A DNA stretch of 64,000 nucleotides from an uncultured Candidatus Saccharibacteria bacterium (GTDB taxonomy: Bacteria; Patescibacteriota; Minisyncoccia; Phycocordibacterales; CAIZLB01), in assembly GCA_964607805.1 (NCBI GenBank), contig CAZSLF010000004.1, positions 7,477 to 71,476 of the forward strand. Reading direction: 5' to 3'. Numbering within the stretch: position 1 is the first letter of the stretch; every line of letters begins with the position of its first letter. This document shows, in pieces, positions 36,899-46,327 of this stretch. A program made the position numbers and the translations under genes. The notes below the pieces were generated by a model. That model was not told the origin of the DNA, made no database searches, and was given only the letters and a program-made list of their open reading frames with translations.

Positions 36899-37861
36899 AT
36901 GACTGATGAAAAAAACATACCATTGCCCAAAGGAGAAAGACATAAACCAGTTCTTTTAAATGAAATATTGGACATTTTCGCCCTGACAGAAGGAGCAGTC
37001 GTGGTGGATTGCAACTTAGGAGATGGTGGCCACAGCGAAGCCATCATCAAGAAATTAAACGGAAATGTCCACATACTAGGATTTGATCTCGATAATGAAG
37101 CGATTGAACGCACATCGCATTATTTAAATTCTTTAACCGAAAAATCTTTCGATTCAAAAATTTTGTCGAAAAAAAGTTTGAAAACTGGATTAACTCCAAT
37201 TCAAGCGAATTTCAGTGAGATGGATGTGAAGTTAAAGGAGTATGGATATGGCGATAATAGTGTTGATGCAATTCTTTTTGATCTAGGGCTTAGTACGCAT
37301 GATCTGATTAGTTCAGGAAAAGGTTTTACATTTAAAAATGACGAACCTCTACTTATGACTTTCGGGCCTGCGTCCTCATATGCCTTTACAGCCAGCGACA
37401 TAGTCAACGGTTGGGATGAAGAGGATATAGCCAATGTAATTTATGCATATGGCGAAGAACATGCATCACGCCGAATAGCGCGCATGATTGTCAATTATCG
37501 AAAAACTAAGAGGATTGAGACAAGTAAAGAATTAGCCGACCTGATTTCAGGAGGTAAACACTTTAAAATTCATCCAGCTACAAAAACATTTCAAGCCTTA
37601 AGAATAGCGGTAAACGGCGAGTTAGAACACTTAAAAACTGCTCTACAAAAAGCCCTAATCGCACTTAAGCCTGGAGGAAAGATGGCTGTCATCTCATACC
37701 ACAGTTTAGAAGATCGAATCGTAAAACAGTTTGTTAAACAATGGGCAAAAGATGAGGAAGTCATAGAAGTTACAAAAAAGCCGACGGTGCCATCTCCAGA
37801 TGAAATTTCTATAAATCCACGTTCTCGAAGCGCAAAGTTGAGGGTCATTATCAAAAAATAG
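36899..37861 (+). CDS. rsmH: 16S rRNA (cytosine1402-N4)-methyltransferase RsmH
   Basis: HKPVLLNEILD and DCNLGDGGHS motifs. It has the conserved dcw position. Confidence 0.93.
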   Translation: MTDEKNIPLPKGERHKPVLLNEILDIFALTEGAVVVDCNLGDGGHSEAIIKKLNGNVHILGFDLDNEAIERTSHYLNSLTEKSFDSKILSKKSLKTGLTPIQANFSEMDVKLKEYGYGDNSVDAILFDLGLSTHDLISSGKGFTFKNDEPLLMTFGPASSYAFTASDIVNGWDEEDIANVIYAYGEEHASRRIARMIVNYRKTKRIETSKELADLISGGKHFKIHPATKTFQALRIAVNGELEHLKTALQKALIALKPGGKMAVISYHSLEDRIVKQFVKQWAKDEEVIEVTKKPTVPSPDEISINPRSRSAKLRVIIKK

Positions 37862-37897
37862 TTCGTTCCGTTAAACCATAGTACAAAAAAATAGAAT

Positions 37898-38221
37898 ATG
37901 AAGCACGCACATACAGCAATCAGAAAGATCGAAAGACTTTCCCAATTTATTTTTATAAGTTTATTTGTGTTGACAATACTATTTTCTTGCACATATATCT
38001 TTTTGGTTAATAAAACTGTACTAAACGCGGTAGCAAAGGAGAAAATCGAACATGAAATCGCTTCAATCAATTCAGATTTGAGCGAAAAAGAATTTCAATA
38101 CATAAGTTCAAAGGGAAGTGTGACTAGAGACCTTGCTACAAATATGGGTTTTGTTTCTGCTGAAGACAAAACATCATTTGTAACAGTTTTCAAGCCAAAT
38201 GCGAGTGTAGCTATTCGATAG
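37898..38221 (+). CDS. ftsL: FtsL-like single-pass division protein
   Basis: 107 aa with one TM followed by a short coiled-coil. The call rests on its position between rsmH and ftsI. Confidence 0.5.
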   Translation: MKHAHTAIRKIERLSQFIFISLFVLTILFSCTYIFLVNKTVLNAVAKEKIEHEIASINSDLSEKEFQYISSKGSVTRDLATNMGFVSAEDKTSFVTVFKPNASVAIR

Positions 38222-38321
38222 TTTAGCAAGGTTAAGAGCAAATATGGGCGGATCTTATAATTTAGCGCGAAACTTTAAAAACTCTCGGATTTTTCTAACT
38301 AAAGTGCTAAAATAAGTAGAC

Positions 38322-40040
38322 ATGAATACGCCTAAAGGACGGATTAGATTTTTATCAATTTGTATTTTGCTTGTGGCAATGGTTTTAGTAGCAAAATTAT
38401 ATTCCGTTCAAATAATTCATGGCGGAGATTTTGCTGAGCGTGCTGACAGACAATATCAAAGGCCAAGCGGAAATATTTTTAGTCGTGGAACAATATATTT
38501 TACTGAAAAAGGTGGTAACTTTATCTCTGCAGCCACAGTAAAAACTGGTTTTGTTCTTTCAATCAATCCGAAACTTGTTCAAAAAGCGGGTGTTGAGGTT
38601 GTATATGAAAAACTGAAAGAAAAAGTGCCCGATATCACATATGAAGATTTTGCTGCAAAAGCAAATAAGCAGGACGATACATATGAAGAGCTTAAAAAGA
38701 AGGTTGATGAAAAGTTGGGAACTGAAATTGCAGCTCTAAAAATTCCTGGAGTAAGTCTGTATAAGGATAAGTGGCGATACTATCCTGGAGGATCTCTCGC
38801 ATCTCACTCTTTAGGCCTTATGGGATTTGATAAAGATGATAATTTCGCAGGGAGATACGGTTTGGAGCGAAGTTTCGAAGAAACCTTGGGTCGTGATGCT
38901 GAAAGTGTCTATGTGAATTTTTTCGCTGAGCTGTTTTCAAATATTAAGAAGACTGTTGTTAATGGCGAAAAGCTAGAAGGCGACATAGTCACTACAATTG
39001 AACCAGACACACAACAATATATAGAGCGTATGCTTGAGCAAATTAGGAACACATATAGTTCTGAAAGTGCTGGGGCGATAATTGTTGATCCATTGACCGG
39101 ACAAATTGTCGCTATGGCCATGGATCCAAATTTTGATGCAAATAATTTAAAGGAGGTTAAGGATCCAGCCATTTTCTCAAATAATTTAGTTGAAAGTGTA
39201 TATGAAATGGGTTCCGTAGTTAAACCCCTAACCATGGCTGTTGGAATTGACACAGGAAAAGTAACAGCAAACACTGTATACAACGACAAAGGATCAGTGA
39301 CACTAAACAACAAGACAATGTATAACTTCGACAAAAAAGGTCGAGGAGATATCACACTTCAATATGCTCTTTCAAAATCTCTAAACACTGGTTTTGTTCA
39401 TGTTGCGCGTACTGTTGGCAATGAACAATTCGGAAAATACTTCTTGGACTTTGGAATAGGAGAAAAGACAGGTATTGATTTGCCAAATGAAGCATCTGGT
39501 CTTGTCAAAAACTTAAGTACAAATCGAGATGTAGAATATGCGACAGCCTCTTTCGGACAAGGAATTGCTATGACACCTCTTGAACTAGTTCGTGCCTACT
39601 CCGCGATCGCAAACCAACAAGGAAAATTAGTTTCGCCATATGTTGTAAAGCAAATTAATTATCGAATTGGCACAACAAAAAAGATTGAAAAAGATTTGGG
39701 CAAACAAGTGATAAAACCTGAGACTGCGCGAGCGGTTACGGATATGATGGTTTATAACGTGGACAATTCACTTCTAGATGGCAATGCTAAAAACGAAAGA
39801 TATGCAGTTGCCGCAAAGACAGGAACTGCTCAGATGGCTTTGAAGGAGGGGGGATATTCGGAGGATAAATATTTGCACTCATTCGTAGGGTTCTTACCCG
39901 CATATAATCCGAAATTCTTGGTATTTATTTACACAGTGAATCCAAGAGGGGTTAGCTATGCATCGGAGACCTTGGCGAAGCCATTTATCGAGCTAACAAA
40001 GTTTTTGATCAATCACTTTGAGTTGCCGCCGGATAGATAG
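38322..40040 (+). CDS. ftsI: Division transpeptidase FtsI (PBP3-like)
   Basis: N-terminal TM, SxxK (GSVVKP), SxN (SKSLN) and KTGTA motifs, in dcw context. Confidence 0.9.
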   Translation: MNTPKGRIRFLSICILLVAMVLVAKLYSVQIIHGGDFAERADRQYQRPSGNIFSRGTIYFTEKGGNFISAATVKTGFVLSINPKLVQKAGVEVVYEKLKEKVPDITYEDFAAKANKQDDTYEELKKKVDEKLGTEIAALKIPGVSLYKDKWRYYPGGSLASHSLGLMGFDKDDNFAGRYGLERSFEETLGRDAESVYVNFFAELFSNIKKTVVNGEKLEGDIVTTIEPDTQQYIERMLEQIRNTYSSESAGAIIVDPLTGQIVAMAMDPNFDANNLKEVKDPAIFSNNLVESVYEMGSVVKPLTMAVGIDTGKVTANTVYNDKGSVTLNNKTMYNFDKKGRGDITLQYALSKSLNTGFVHVARTVGNEQFGKYFLDFGIGEKTGIDLPNEASGLVKNLSTNRDVEYATASFGQGIAMTPLELVRAYSAIANQQGKLVSPYVVKQINYRIGTTKKIEKDLGKQVIKPETARAVTDMMVYNVDNSLLDGNAKNERYAVAAKTGTAQMALKEGGYSEDKYLHSFVGFLPAYNPKFLVFIYTVNPRGVSYASETLAKPFIELTKFLINHFELPPDR

Positions 40041-40200
40041 TTGAATAATGGTCAATGGGAAATTAAAAAACCGCTCTTGACGGAGTTGTTTTTGCATTTA
40101 TGAATGCTAAATTCATAAATATTTTATGGAAAGTTATCAAAAATTTAATGTCAGGTGAGTAATATTACATCGAACATAAACAGTGGTTAGTTTATGTTGT

Positions 40201-40269
40201 TGGCACGCCAGTGGTTGGAGCTTTGAGCTTACCATTCAAGGCTTGCGGGTTCGATTCCCGTCGTGTCCA
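40201..40269 (+). tRNA. Atypical D-arm-less tRNA-like gene (TAC at the anticodon position, G3:U70)
   Basis: Canonical T-arm GCGGG-TTCGATT-CCCGT. The acceptor TGGCACG/CGTGTCC has 6 pairs including G3:T70 and a 1:72 mismatch. The 7-bp anticodon stem has loop CTTACCA. Only 37 nt lie between the acceptor and the T-arm, and no D-stem forms. Confidence 0.35.
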
Positions 40270-40328
40270 CATGTATATTTACAGGTAAATACCTTGACAC
40301 TAATTTAAATTATAATATTATTGAAATT

Positions 40329-40371
40329 GGTAAGCTCAAGGCTCCTAAACCGCACGTAACTGTGCGGTTTT
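40329..40371 (+). ncRNA. Candidate small RNA antisense to the tRNA-like anticodon arm
   Basis: TTGACA (40294-40299), 16 nt, then TATTAT (40316-40321) predicts a TSS near 40329. ggtaagctcaaggctcc (40329-40345) is the reverse complement of 40217-40233 with one G:U position. The terminator hairpin at 40347-40371 follows immediately. Confidence 0.3.
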
Positions 40372-40425
40372 GGCGTTTAAGAGATACATGGTAAAGCGAC
40401 GAAAGAAGAGGAGGTTTTCTTATTT

Positions 40426-41625
40426 CTATTTATAAACTTCCAAAGTTTTCTCAACCATATTCTCTACAGAAAACTCTTTACTCACTCGCGCACATGCAGC
40501 ATCCGCATATTTATTAGCTAATTCCGGATTATCAATATAATTATAAATTGCATCTTCAATTGCTTTTGGATTTTGGCTTGGAATTAGTTTTCCTTCCAAG
40601 TTAGTTTCGATAATTTCGGGAATACCGCCGACGTTTGAGGCGATTATTGGAAGATTTGCAAAAGCTGCTTCAATAACCGCATAGCTTAGACCTTCAGAAA
40701 GAGAAGGGAAGAGATATAAATCAAAGGCCTTCAGATAATTAGAAGCATCAAGAATACTTCCAACTAAAAATACATGTGATTCAAGGCTAAGTCTTTTTAT
40801 TTCAGCATTTAGAAAATGTCGAATATCACCATCGCCGATAATTACGTATATGAAATTTAGCTCGGGTCGGTTTTTCAAAATCTGCGCAAAAGCTTCAAGT
40901 GCGAACACGTGACCTTTTATAGGGTGGAGCTCGCCAACACTTCCAATCCAAATTGTATTCGCAGATTTTTTGGAAGTTTCTGAAATTGCTTCGAAAATTG
41001 CAGGTGTAGTATGTGAAATTTTTTCACGTGCCTCTTCTTTTGTTAAGAAGTTTGGCGAATGAATGCCATTTCTAATAACAGAAAATTTATTTTTATTTAT
41101 TGACCAATCTTTAATTTGATTTATCATGTTCTCTGACACACCAATAATCTTGTGAGCTGAAAGCATGGTGATCCAGTACAAAAATTTGATTATGGATTTA
41201 GATGCATAGGATCTGTCCTCATTGAAAGCCCAGCCATGGGCTGTGAAAATTATCTTTTTTACGCCTAGCGCACGGCCAATCACAGAGCCGAGGCCACTAA
41301 TCTTTGTACTGTTTAAGTGTAAAATATCTGGCTTTTCTTTTCGAATGATTTCGAAGGTGTCTATCAGGGCGAGAAGGTCATTTTTAAAACTAATATCACG
41401 CTCTAAACCGTTTACCTCAATAACATGAATACCTTTTTCTCGAAGCCGAGTAGCTAGGGGGCCGTCGCCGCCGAGCGCAACCTTCACTTCATATTTGTCT
41501 TTTGGCAGACTTGTGGCCAAATCAAATACATATTTTTGAGCACCACCCCAGTTGGACTTGGTTATTAGATAGAGGACTTTTTGCTTTTTTTTACCAGTTA
41601 GTGCTTGATTTTCAGCTTCTGTCAT
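40426..41625 (-). CDS. Family 4 (GT-B) glycosyltransferase
   Basis: 399 aa. EGLSYAVIEAAFANLPIIASNVGGIPEII matches the GT4 EX7E region. Confidence 0.85.
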   Translation of the reverse strand: MTEAENQALTGKKKQKVLYLITKSNWGGAQKYVFDLATSLPKDKYEVKVALGGDGPLATRLREKGIHVIEVNGLERDISFKNDLLALIDTFEIIRKEKPDILHLNSTKISGLGSVIGRALGVKKIIFTAHGWAFNEDRSYASKSIIKFLYWITMLSAHKIIGVSENMINQIKDWSINKNKFSVIRNGIHSPNFLTKEEAREKISHTTPAIFEAISETSKKSANTIWIGSVGELHPIKGHVFALEAFAQILKNRPELNFIYVIIGDGDIRHFLNAEIKRLSLESHVFLVGSILDASNYLKAFDLYLFPSLSEGLSYAVIEAAFANLPIIASNVGGIPEIIETNLEGKLIPSQNPKAIEDAIYNYIDNPELANKYADAACARVSKEFSVENMVEKTLEVYK

Positions 41626-41770
41626 ATGGGGAAAAGTATAGCATATTAAATTCTCATCAATTTCTCATAAATTTTAGGTCAAGTTTTCATTAAATCTTCC
41701 TCAAATTTAGTGGCTTTTTTACCAAATATGAATACAATAGAGGTGACGACTTATATATTGTTAAATATCA

Positions 41771-43135
41771 ATGGCCGCCGTACCAAAAATTGTATATAGA
41801 GAAAAAGCCATCCTACTTTTCGGGGATATTTTTGTATTATTGGCATCCCTTTGGTTGACGATTGCAGTTCGAAGGTTGACTATCCCATCGACAGCGGACT
41901 TTTTGGATTTTACAAGTTCATTTTCAGTCATATTTATAGTTTGGATTATTGTTTTCTTTATCTCAGGCATGTATGAGGCGCAGACTTTGCTTACAAAAAG
42001 TAGAGTGCCGCGTATTGTAATTAGTACCCAAACAATAAACGTAATTGCAGCCGTCGTATTCTTTTATTTATTTTCTGAATTTCAAAAGTTCGGCATAACT
42101 CCTAAGACTAACCTTTTAATATATTGTGTAATTTCAACTTCTCTAATTGTTGCTTGGCGATTGTTTCTATATGACAAGATTTCTGGCAGTAAAAGGACTA
42201 GTGCGATTTTAATTAGTTCTGGCGATGAGATGAGAGAGTTAAAAGATGAGGTAAATGGAAATAATCGTTATCCATTTCATTTTAATACCGTAATTGATTT
42301 GGATAGCGAAGCGGACTGCCTAAAGCTTCGAGAAATCACTAAGAGTGGGGCGGACGAGTATGGGGTGATTGTGCTCGATGTAAGTCACCAGAGTGCTAGC
42401 CCAATACTTTCTGATTTTTATAGCCTCATGTTTTTGGGAGAAGGAAAGACATGTATAGAATTTGTGAAATTGTACGAAGAAATATTTAGAAGGATTCCGC
42501 TCTCGTCACTTAATCATCAGTGGCTACTTCAAAATATGACAATCACTCGTAAAACTATTTACGATATTATTAAAAGAATAATGGACTTGGTTTTGTCAGG
42601 TGTGCTGTCAATTCCATTTTTCATAATTTACCCTTTTGTAGCACTGGCAATTAAATTAGAAGACAAAGGCGAAGTTTTGATCGCACAAGATAGAGTAGGG
42701 GAACATGGACAATTAATTCGACTTCTAAAATTTAGATCTATGACGGGGAACGAAGATGGAAAATGGGTTTCAGAAGGCACAGTTCGAGTTACAAAAGTCG
42801 GAATGTTTTTGCGAAAAAGTCGAATCGACGAATTGCCGCAATTAATTGCTGTTTTTAAAGGTGATATTTCTTTGATTGGACCAAGACCGGATATAAAGGG
42901 ACTTAGCGATAGATTAAGAGAAGAAATTCCATATTATGAAGTGCGAACAATTGTTAAACCAGGACTTTCCGGTTGGGCACAAATTACACAAGAGGGCAGA
43001 CCACCTCAAACAGTGGACGAAACAAAACTCCGTCTATCATATGACTTCTATTATATAAAGCATAGATCGGCATGGCTTGATTTAGCGATTGCACTAAAGA
43101 CTATTAAGACTTTGATTATGAGGGTAGGGGTTTAA
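41771..43135 (+). CDS. Polyprenyl-phosphate sugar phosphotransferase (WbaP/bacterial sugar transferase family)
   Basis: 454 aa. The N-terminus is multi-TM. The C-terminal domain has KFRSM and DELPQLIAVFKGDISLIGPRP motifs. Confidence 0.88.
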   Translation: MAAVPKIVYREKAILLFGDIFVLLASLWLTIAVRRLTIPSTADFLDFTSSFSVIFIVWIIVFFISGMYEAQTLLTKSRVPRIVISTQTINVIAAVVFFYLFSEFQKFGITPKTNLLIYCVISTSLIVAWRLFLYDKISGSKRTSAILISSGDEMRELKDEVNGNNRYPFHFNTVIDLDSEADCLKLREITKSGADEYGVIVLDVSHQSASPILSDFYSLMFLGEGKTCIEFVKLYEEIFRRIPLSSLNHQWLLQNMTITRKTIYDIIKRIMDLVLSGVLSIPFFIIYPFVALAIKLEDKGEVLIAQDRVGEHGQLIRLLKFRSMTGNEDGKWVSEGTVRVTKVGMFLRKSRIDELPQLIAVFKGDISLIGPRPDIKGLSDRLREEIPYYEVRTIVKPGLSGWAQITQEGRPPQTVDETKLRLSYDFYYIKHRSAWLDLAIALKTIKTLIMRVGV

Positions 43136-43154
43136 AGCTTAACTTGATTCAAAA

Positions 43155-43212
43155 GCAAAAATCGGAAAAAGAAAAAGCCCCGCGCATGGTGGTGGGGCTT
43201 TCGGTTGGAGGG
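43155..43212. repeat. 58-nt repeat copy 1 (bidirectional terminator-containing 3' flank)
   Basis: gcaaaaatcggaaaaagaaaaagccccgcgcatggtggtggggctttcggttggaggg. It matches 43736-43793 at 57 of 58 positions. Confidence 0.9.
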
Positions 43213-43241
43213 TAATCTGAGATATATTACTTCAGGCTCGA

Positions 43242-43601
43242 TTAATCATCCTTTAATCGAAGCATCTCCTTTTTCTCGAGGGCGTAATCGAGTTCTTTGA
43301 ATTTAGGTTGCCAACTTCTTCGAATAGTACCCAAGGCGGCCGTCGAAATCATTAATACGGAAAGGAGCGAAGTAAGTGTATATTTTGATAATGGATTGCT
43401 GAAAGTAAGATAGGATAATCCAATCACAATAAAAAGATAAAGTATTGGAAGTGAATAAACTCTGATGTAGAACTGATAGATATTTTTTGATTTCAGGACA
43501 TAATTTTCATACACTGGAATCAAGCGATACAATATGATCGCTATGATCAGTGGAGGAATTGTCGACAAAAGGACTTCCATAGAAGTAAGAGGTAATTTCA
43601 T
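43242..43601 (-). CDS. Small membrane protein (tandem pair member 1)
   Basis: 119 aa with 3 predicted TM segments and a charged C-terminal tail. Confidence 0.6.
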   Translation of the reverse strand: MKLPLTSMEVLLSTIPPLIIAIILYRLIPVYENYVLKSKNIYQFYIRVYSLPILYLFIVIGLSYLTFSNPLSKYTLTSLLSVLMISTAALGTIRRSWQPKFKELDYALEKKEMLRLKDD

Positions 43602-43735
43602 TGGATTTTCGGAGTGTGGGTTGGAACTGACAGAGAGCTGGGACTGATAATATGTTTATAATATCGTACACATATTGTCAAACTAATATGTAAATTAATA
43701 CTTTGTTAATGTTAATGATTGAGGGGGTATGTCCG

Positions 43736-43793
43736 GCAAAAATCGGAAAAAGAAAAAGCCCTGCGCATGGTGGTGGGGCTTTCGGTTGGAGGG
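43736..43793. repeat. 58-nt repeat copy 2
   Basis: Matches 43155-43212 except for one C/T difference. It lies just 3' of the minus-strand gene 43815-44186. Confidence 0.9.
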
Positions 43794-43814
43794 GACAGTG
43801 CTAGAATTGTTCCC

Positions 43815-44186
43815 TCAGATATAAGGATTCATGTGCCAATTTTTCCTTTGTAGATAAATTCTCAGTGCCATGATCTCTACTTTTCGCAGGCGTGTATACA
43901 CCCAAACGAAATAGGTCGCTATCCAGAGTGGGACAATAATCGTGAATATTGCCGTTCTCACAGGAACTGGAAGTAAGTGCAAATAGTAAAATGGAATTGC
44001 GCCCACAATACACATTACAATCAAAGGGAAAGTGTACAGTTTGAAATAAAATCCTCCTATCGTATTTGAACGCTCGAGGATTTTGACATGGAGTTTAAGG
44101 AAGAAGTCGGCTGTATACAAGCTTAGCAATCCAGCTACAGCACTACCGAGCAATGATAATAGAAATGATTGGAGCAATTGTTGCAT
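43815..44186 (-). CDS. Small membrane protein (tandem pair member 2)
   Basis: 123 aa with the same TM and charged-tail architecture as 43242-43601, but little sequence identity. Confidence 0.6.
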   Translation of the reverse strand: MQQLLQSFLLSLLGSAVAGLLSLYTADFFLKLHVKILERSNTIGGFYFKLYTFPLIVMCIVGAIPFYYLHLLPVPVRTAIFTIIVPLWIATYFVWVYTRLRKVEIMALRIYLQRKNWHMNPYI

Positions 44187-44449
44187 CTGAGTATTTGGTT
44201 AAGCGAGGGAATCATTCCAACGCATCTTGGATTGTACATATGCAAAATTAGACTCGAATGAGTATTAATTAATATACAATTTAAGATGTGTTGGAATCCT
44301 TACTACATGTTGGTATAGAGCAAAATCTGGTTATATTTGTATAACATTATATTAGATATGTCAAGTTTCCGTTCTGCATTTACAATTGTTTACAATACCC
44401 GGAAAAAACCTCTACCTCATTTTCATAAATTAAGATATAATCTTGCAAT

Positions 44450-45577
44450 ATGGAATCAATCAAAGAATCACCTATGGAATCACCAAAACACACACTTTTT
44501 ATCACAGGAGCAGCCGGATATGTAGGCACCATGCTTGTTCATCAGTTCTCAAAACGGGCCGATGTGGATCATATGATTTGTATTGATAAAGAGCCTTTGC
44601 CAGAGATGATTAAGGAATTGGTAGACGCTTCCAAATATACTTGGATAAATGCAAATATGAGTGACGATGGTTGGCAGGAAAAAGTTGCTGCAAAAAATCC
44701 TGATATTGTAATTCACACTGCATGGCAAATTCGTGAGATGTATGGAGATCAAAAAACTCAGTGGAAATGGAATGTAACAGGCACAGACATGGTTTTTGAT
44801 TTTGCATTTAATACTCCTTCGGTTAAGCGATTGATTCATTTTTCAACTGTAGCTTCGTATGCTGCATATGCAGACAATACTATTGATCACTTCTTTACTG
44901 AAGCAGAACCTTTTAGGGAGAGTGATTATTTATATGCAATTGAAAAAGATGCATCGGAAAAACATCTTGAAGAAAAATATCAGTTGGCGATTGAAGCTAA
45001 AAGAAAAGCTGGTGTGTCAGATCCTGAAAAAGCAATTCCACAAGTTGCGATTATTCGTCCTGCCGCAATTACAGGGCCTCGTGGACGATATACAAGAATT
45101 CGATTTGGTTTGCAGTCAGCGCTTTCTGGGCAGCTTAATAAATCAAATCTATCGCATAGAATAGTTTCAAAATTAGTTTCTTGGGTGCCGATTACTCCAA
45201 AGTGGTGTCGCCAGTTTATTCACGAGGACGATATTACAAATATCACTGAGATTTTGGCTTTTGATAATTACGAGGATAGATACGAAGCGTACAATGCTTG
45301 TCCTCCAGGTGAAGTAGTTCTTGGAAAGGATATGGCATCAGCTGTAGGGAAGAAAGCTTTGCCTGTTCACCCATGGTTAATTCGAATTGTATTTTTCTTT
45401 GCATGGCACTTGTCGCAAGGCGCAATTCCAACTTCAAGAGGTGGATGGAAAAGTTATTCATATCCAATTGTTGTAGATGGTTCAAAATTCTCTCGCAAGT
45501 TTAATTATAAATATTTCATGGCTCCAAAAGAAGCATTTGTAAAAAAAGAGGGAAGGTATATGGAGTTTGTTAAGTAG
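44450..45577 (+). CDS. NAD-dependent epimerase/dehydratase family protein
   Basis: Rossmann motif ITGAAGYVGTML and SDR-like length. The start may be the ATG at 44471. Confidence 0.8.
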   Translation: MESIKESPMESPKHTLFITGAAGYVGTMLVHQFSKRADVDHMICIDKEPLPEMIKELVDASKYTWINANMSDDGWQEKVAAKNPDIVIHTAWQIREMYGDQKTQWKWNVTGTDMVFDFAFNTPSVKRLIHFSTVASYAAYADNTIDHFFTEAEPFRESDYLYAIEKDASEKHLEEKYQLAIEAKRKAGVSDPEKAIPQVAIIRPAAITGPRGRYTRIRFGLQSALSGQLNKSNLSHRIVSKLVSWVPITPKWCRQFIHEDDITNITEILAFDNYEDRYEAYNACPPGEVVLGKDMASAVGKKALPVHPWLIRIVFFFAWHLSQGAIPTSRGGWKSYSYPIVVDGSKFSRKFNYKYFMAPKEAFVKKEGRYMEFVK

Positions 45578-45719
45578 TTTAGAAGTAGTTTGAGGAGTGG
45601 TTTGTGAAGCGCAGGATTTTGTATATACTATTTGAGTCTAGGTCTTTCTTTAATTTAGTCAACTTCACCCGATCTGTCAGACCCGCCAACTCGAAACCAC
45701 TGAACCAAACTGTAATCCT

Positions 45720-45932
45720 ATGAAGACTGAACATATTGTATTTTTCGCACTGACTATTGTCGGTTTGCATATTGGATATGTGTGGAGGAATGGTTTTGAT
45801 CGATACAGACGTTCCTATCTCGATACTGATCCAAGAGTAAAGCGCAACGGTCAGATTCTACAATTCCTTGGGATCTTCTGTATCTATGAATCCTGCCTCG
45901 CAGCAGTCTATCTCGGGGCGAATTTATTCTAA
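45720..45932 (+). CDS. Small two-TM hypothetical protein
   Basis: 70-aa ORF ending in ttctaacc, followed by the hairpin aaaacccc..gggggtttt at about 45955-45990. Confidence 0.45.
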   Translation: MKTEHIVFFALTIVGLHIGYVWRNGFDRYRRSYLDTDPRVKRNGQILQFLGIFCIYESCLAAVYLGANLF

Positions 45933-46087
45933 CCCTCCTGTCCATGCGACAAATTTAAAACCCCTTGACCAATTGGTCGGGGGTTTTGTGTTTGGGATTT
46001 GTAGAGGGTAATGAATATTAGGGAATTATCCAATATATTTCAGCATAGCTTTATTTTTTAAGGAAAATATGTACAATTGCTGGTAAT

Positions 46088-46159
46088 GGCCCTATCGTCT
46101 AACGGTTAGGACGAAGCGTTCTCAATGCTTAAATCAGAGTTCGATTCTCTGTAGGGTCA
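46088..46159 (+). tRNA. tRNA-Glu (anticodon CTC), CCA not encoded
   Basis: Hand-folded cloverleaf. Acceptor GGCCCTA/TAGGGTC, D-arm GTC-TAACGGTTAG-GAC, anticodon arm AAGCG-TTCTCAA-TGCTT, T-arm CAGAG-TTCGATT-CTCTG, discriminator A. Confidence 0.9.
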
Positions 46160-46188
46160 CAGCGGGAGCAAACGGAGTGCAGCGACAA

Positions 46189-46237
46189 GCTGTGACCCTA
46201 AGCAAGCAAACTGCTTTGCTTGCGTCAGAGAATCGAA
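46189..46237 (+). other. Antisense copy of the tRNA-Glu 3' end, split by a 25-nt insert containing a 9-bp hairpin
   Basis: gctgtgacccta (46189-46200) and cagagaatcgaa (46226-46237) together are the exact reverse complement of 46140-46163. The insert at 46201-46225 contains the 9-bp hairpin gcaagcaaa-ctgc-tttgcttgc. Confidence 0.85.
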
Positions 46238-46307
46238 AAGCTTTTCTATGTTTTGAGAATCTTTGATTCGATAAAACAAGAAAAGGTGTACAGCCCCTGT
46301 AAGGGGA

Positions 46308-46327
46308 GATTCTCTGTAGGGTCACCA
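46308..46327 (+). repeat. Second sense copy of the tRNA-Glu 3' end, carrying CCA
   Basis: gattctctgtagggtcac (46308-46325) is identical to 46143-46160. Here it continues as ..TCACCA. Confidence 0.9.

Noticed and set aside
40041-40271. The idea that the GGTTCGATTCC-containing element with G3:U70 is the 3' end of a tmRNA (ssrA).
   Set aside because: The complementary 5' acceptor strand lies only about 60 nt upstream, so the element is tRNA-sized. A 300-400-nt tmRNA would have to start inside ftsI. No tag-peptide reading frame or pseudoknot series is evident.
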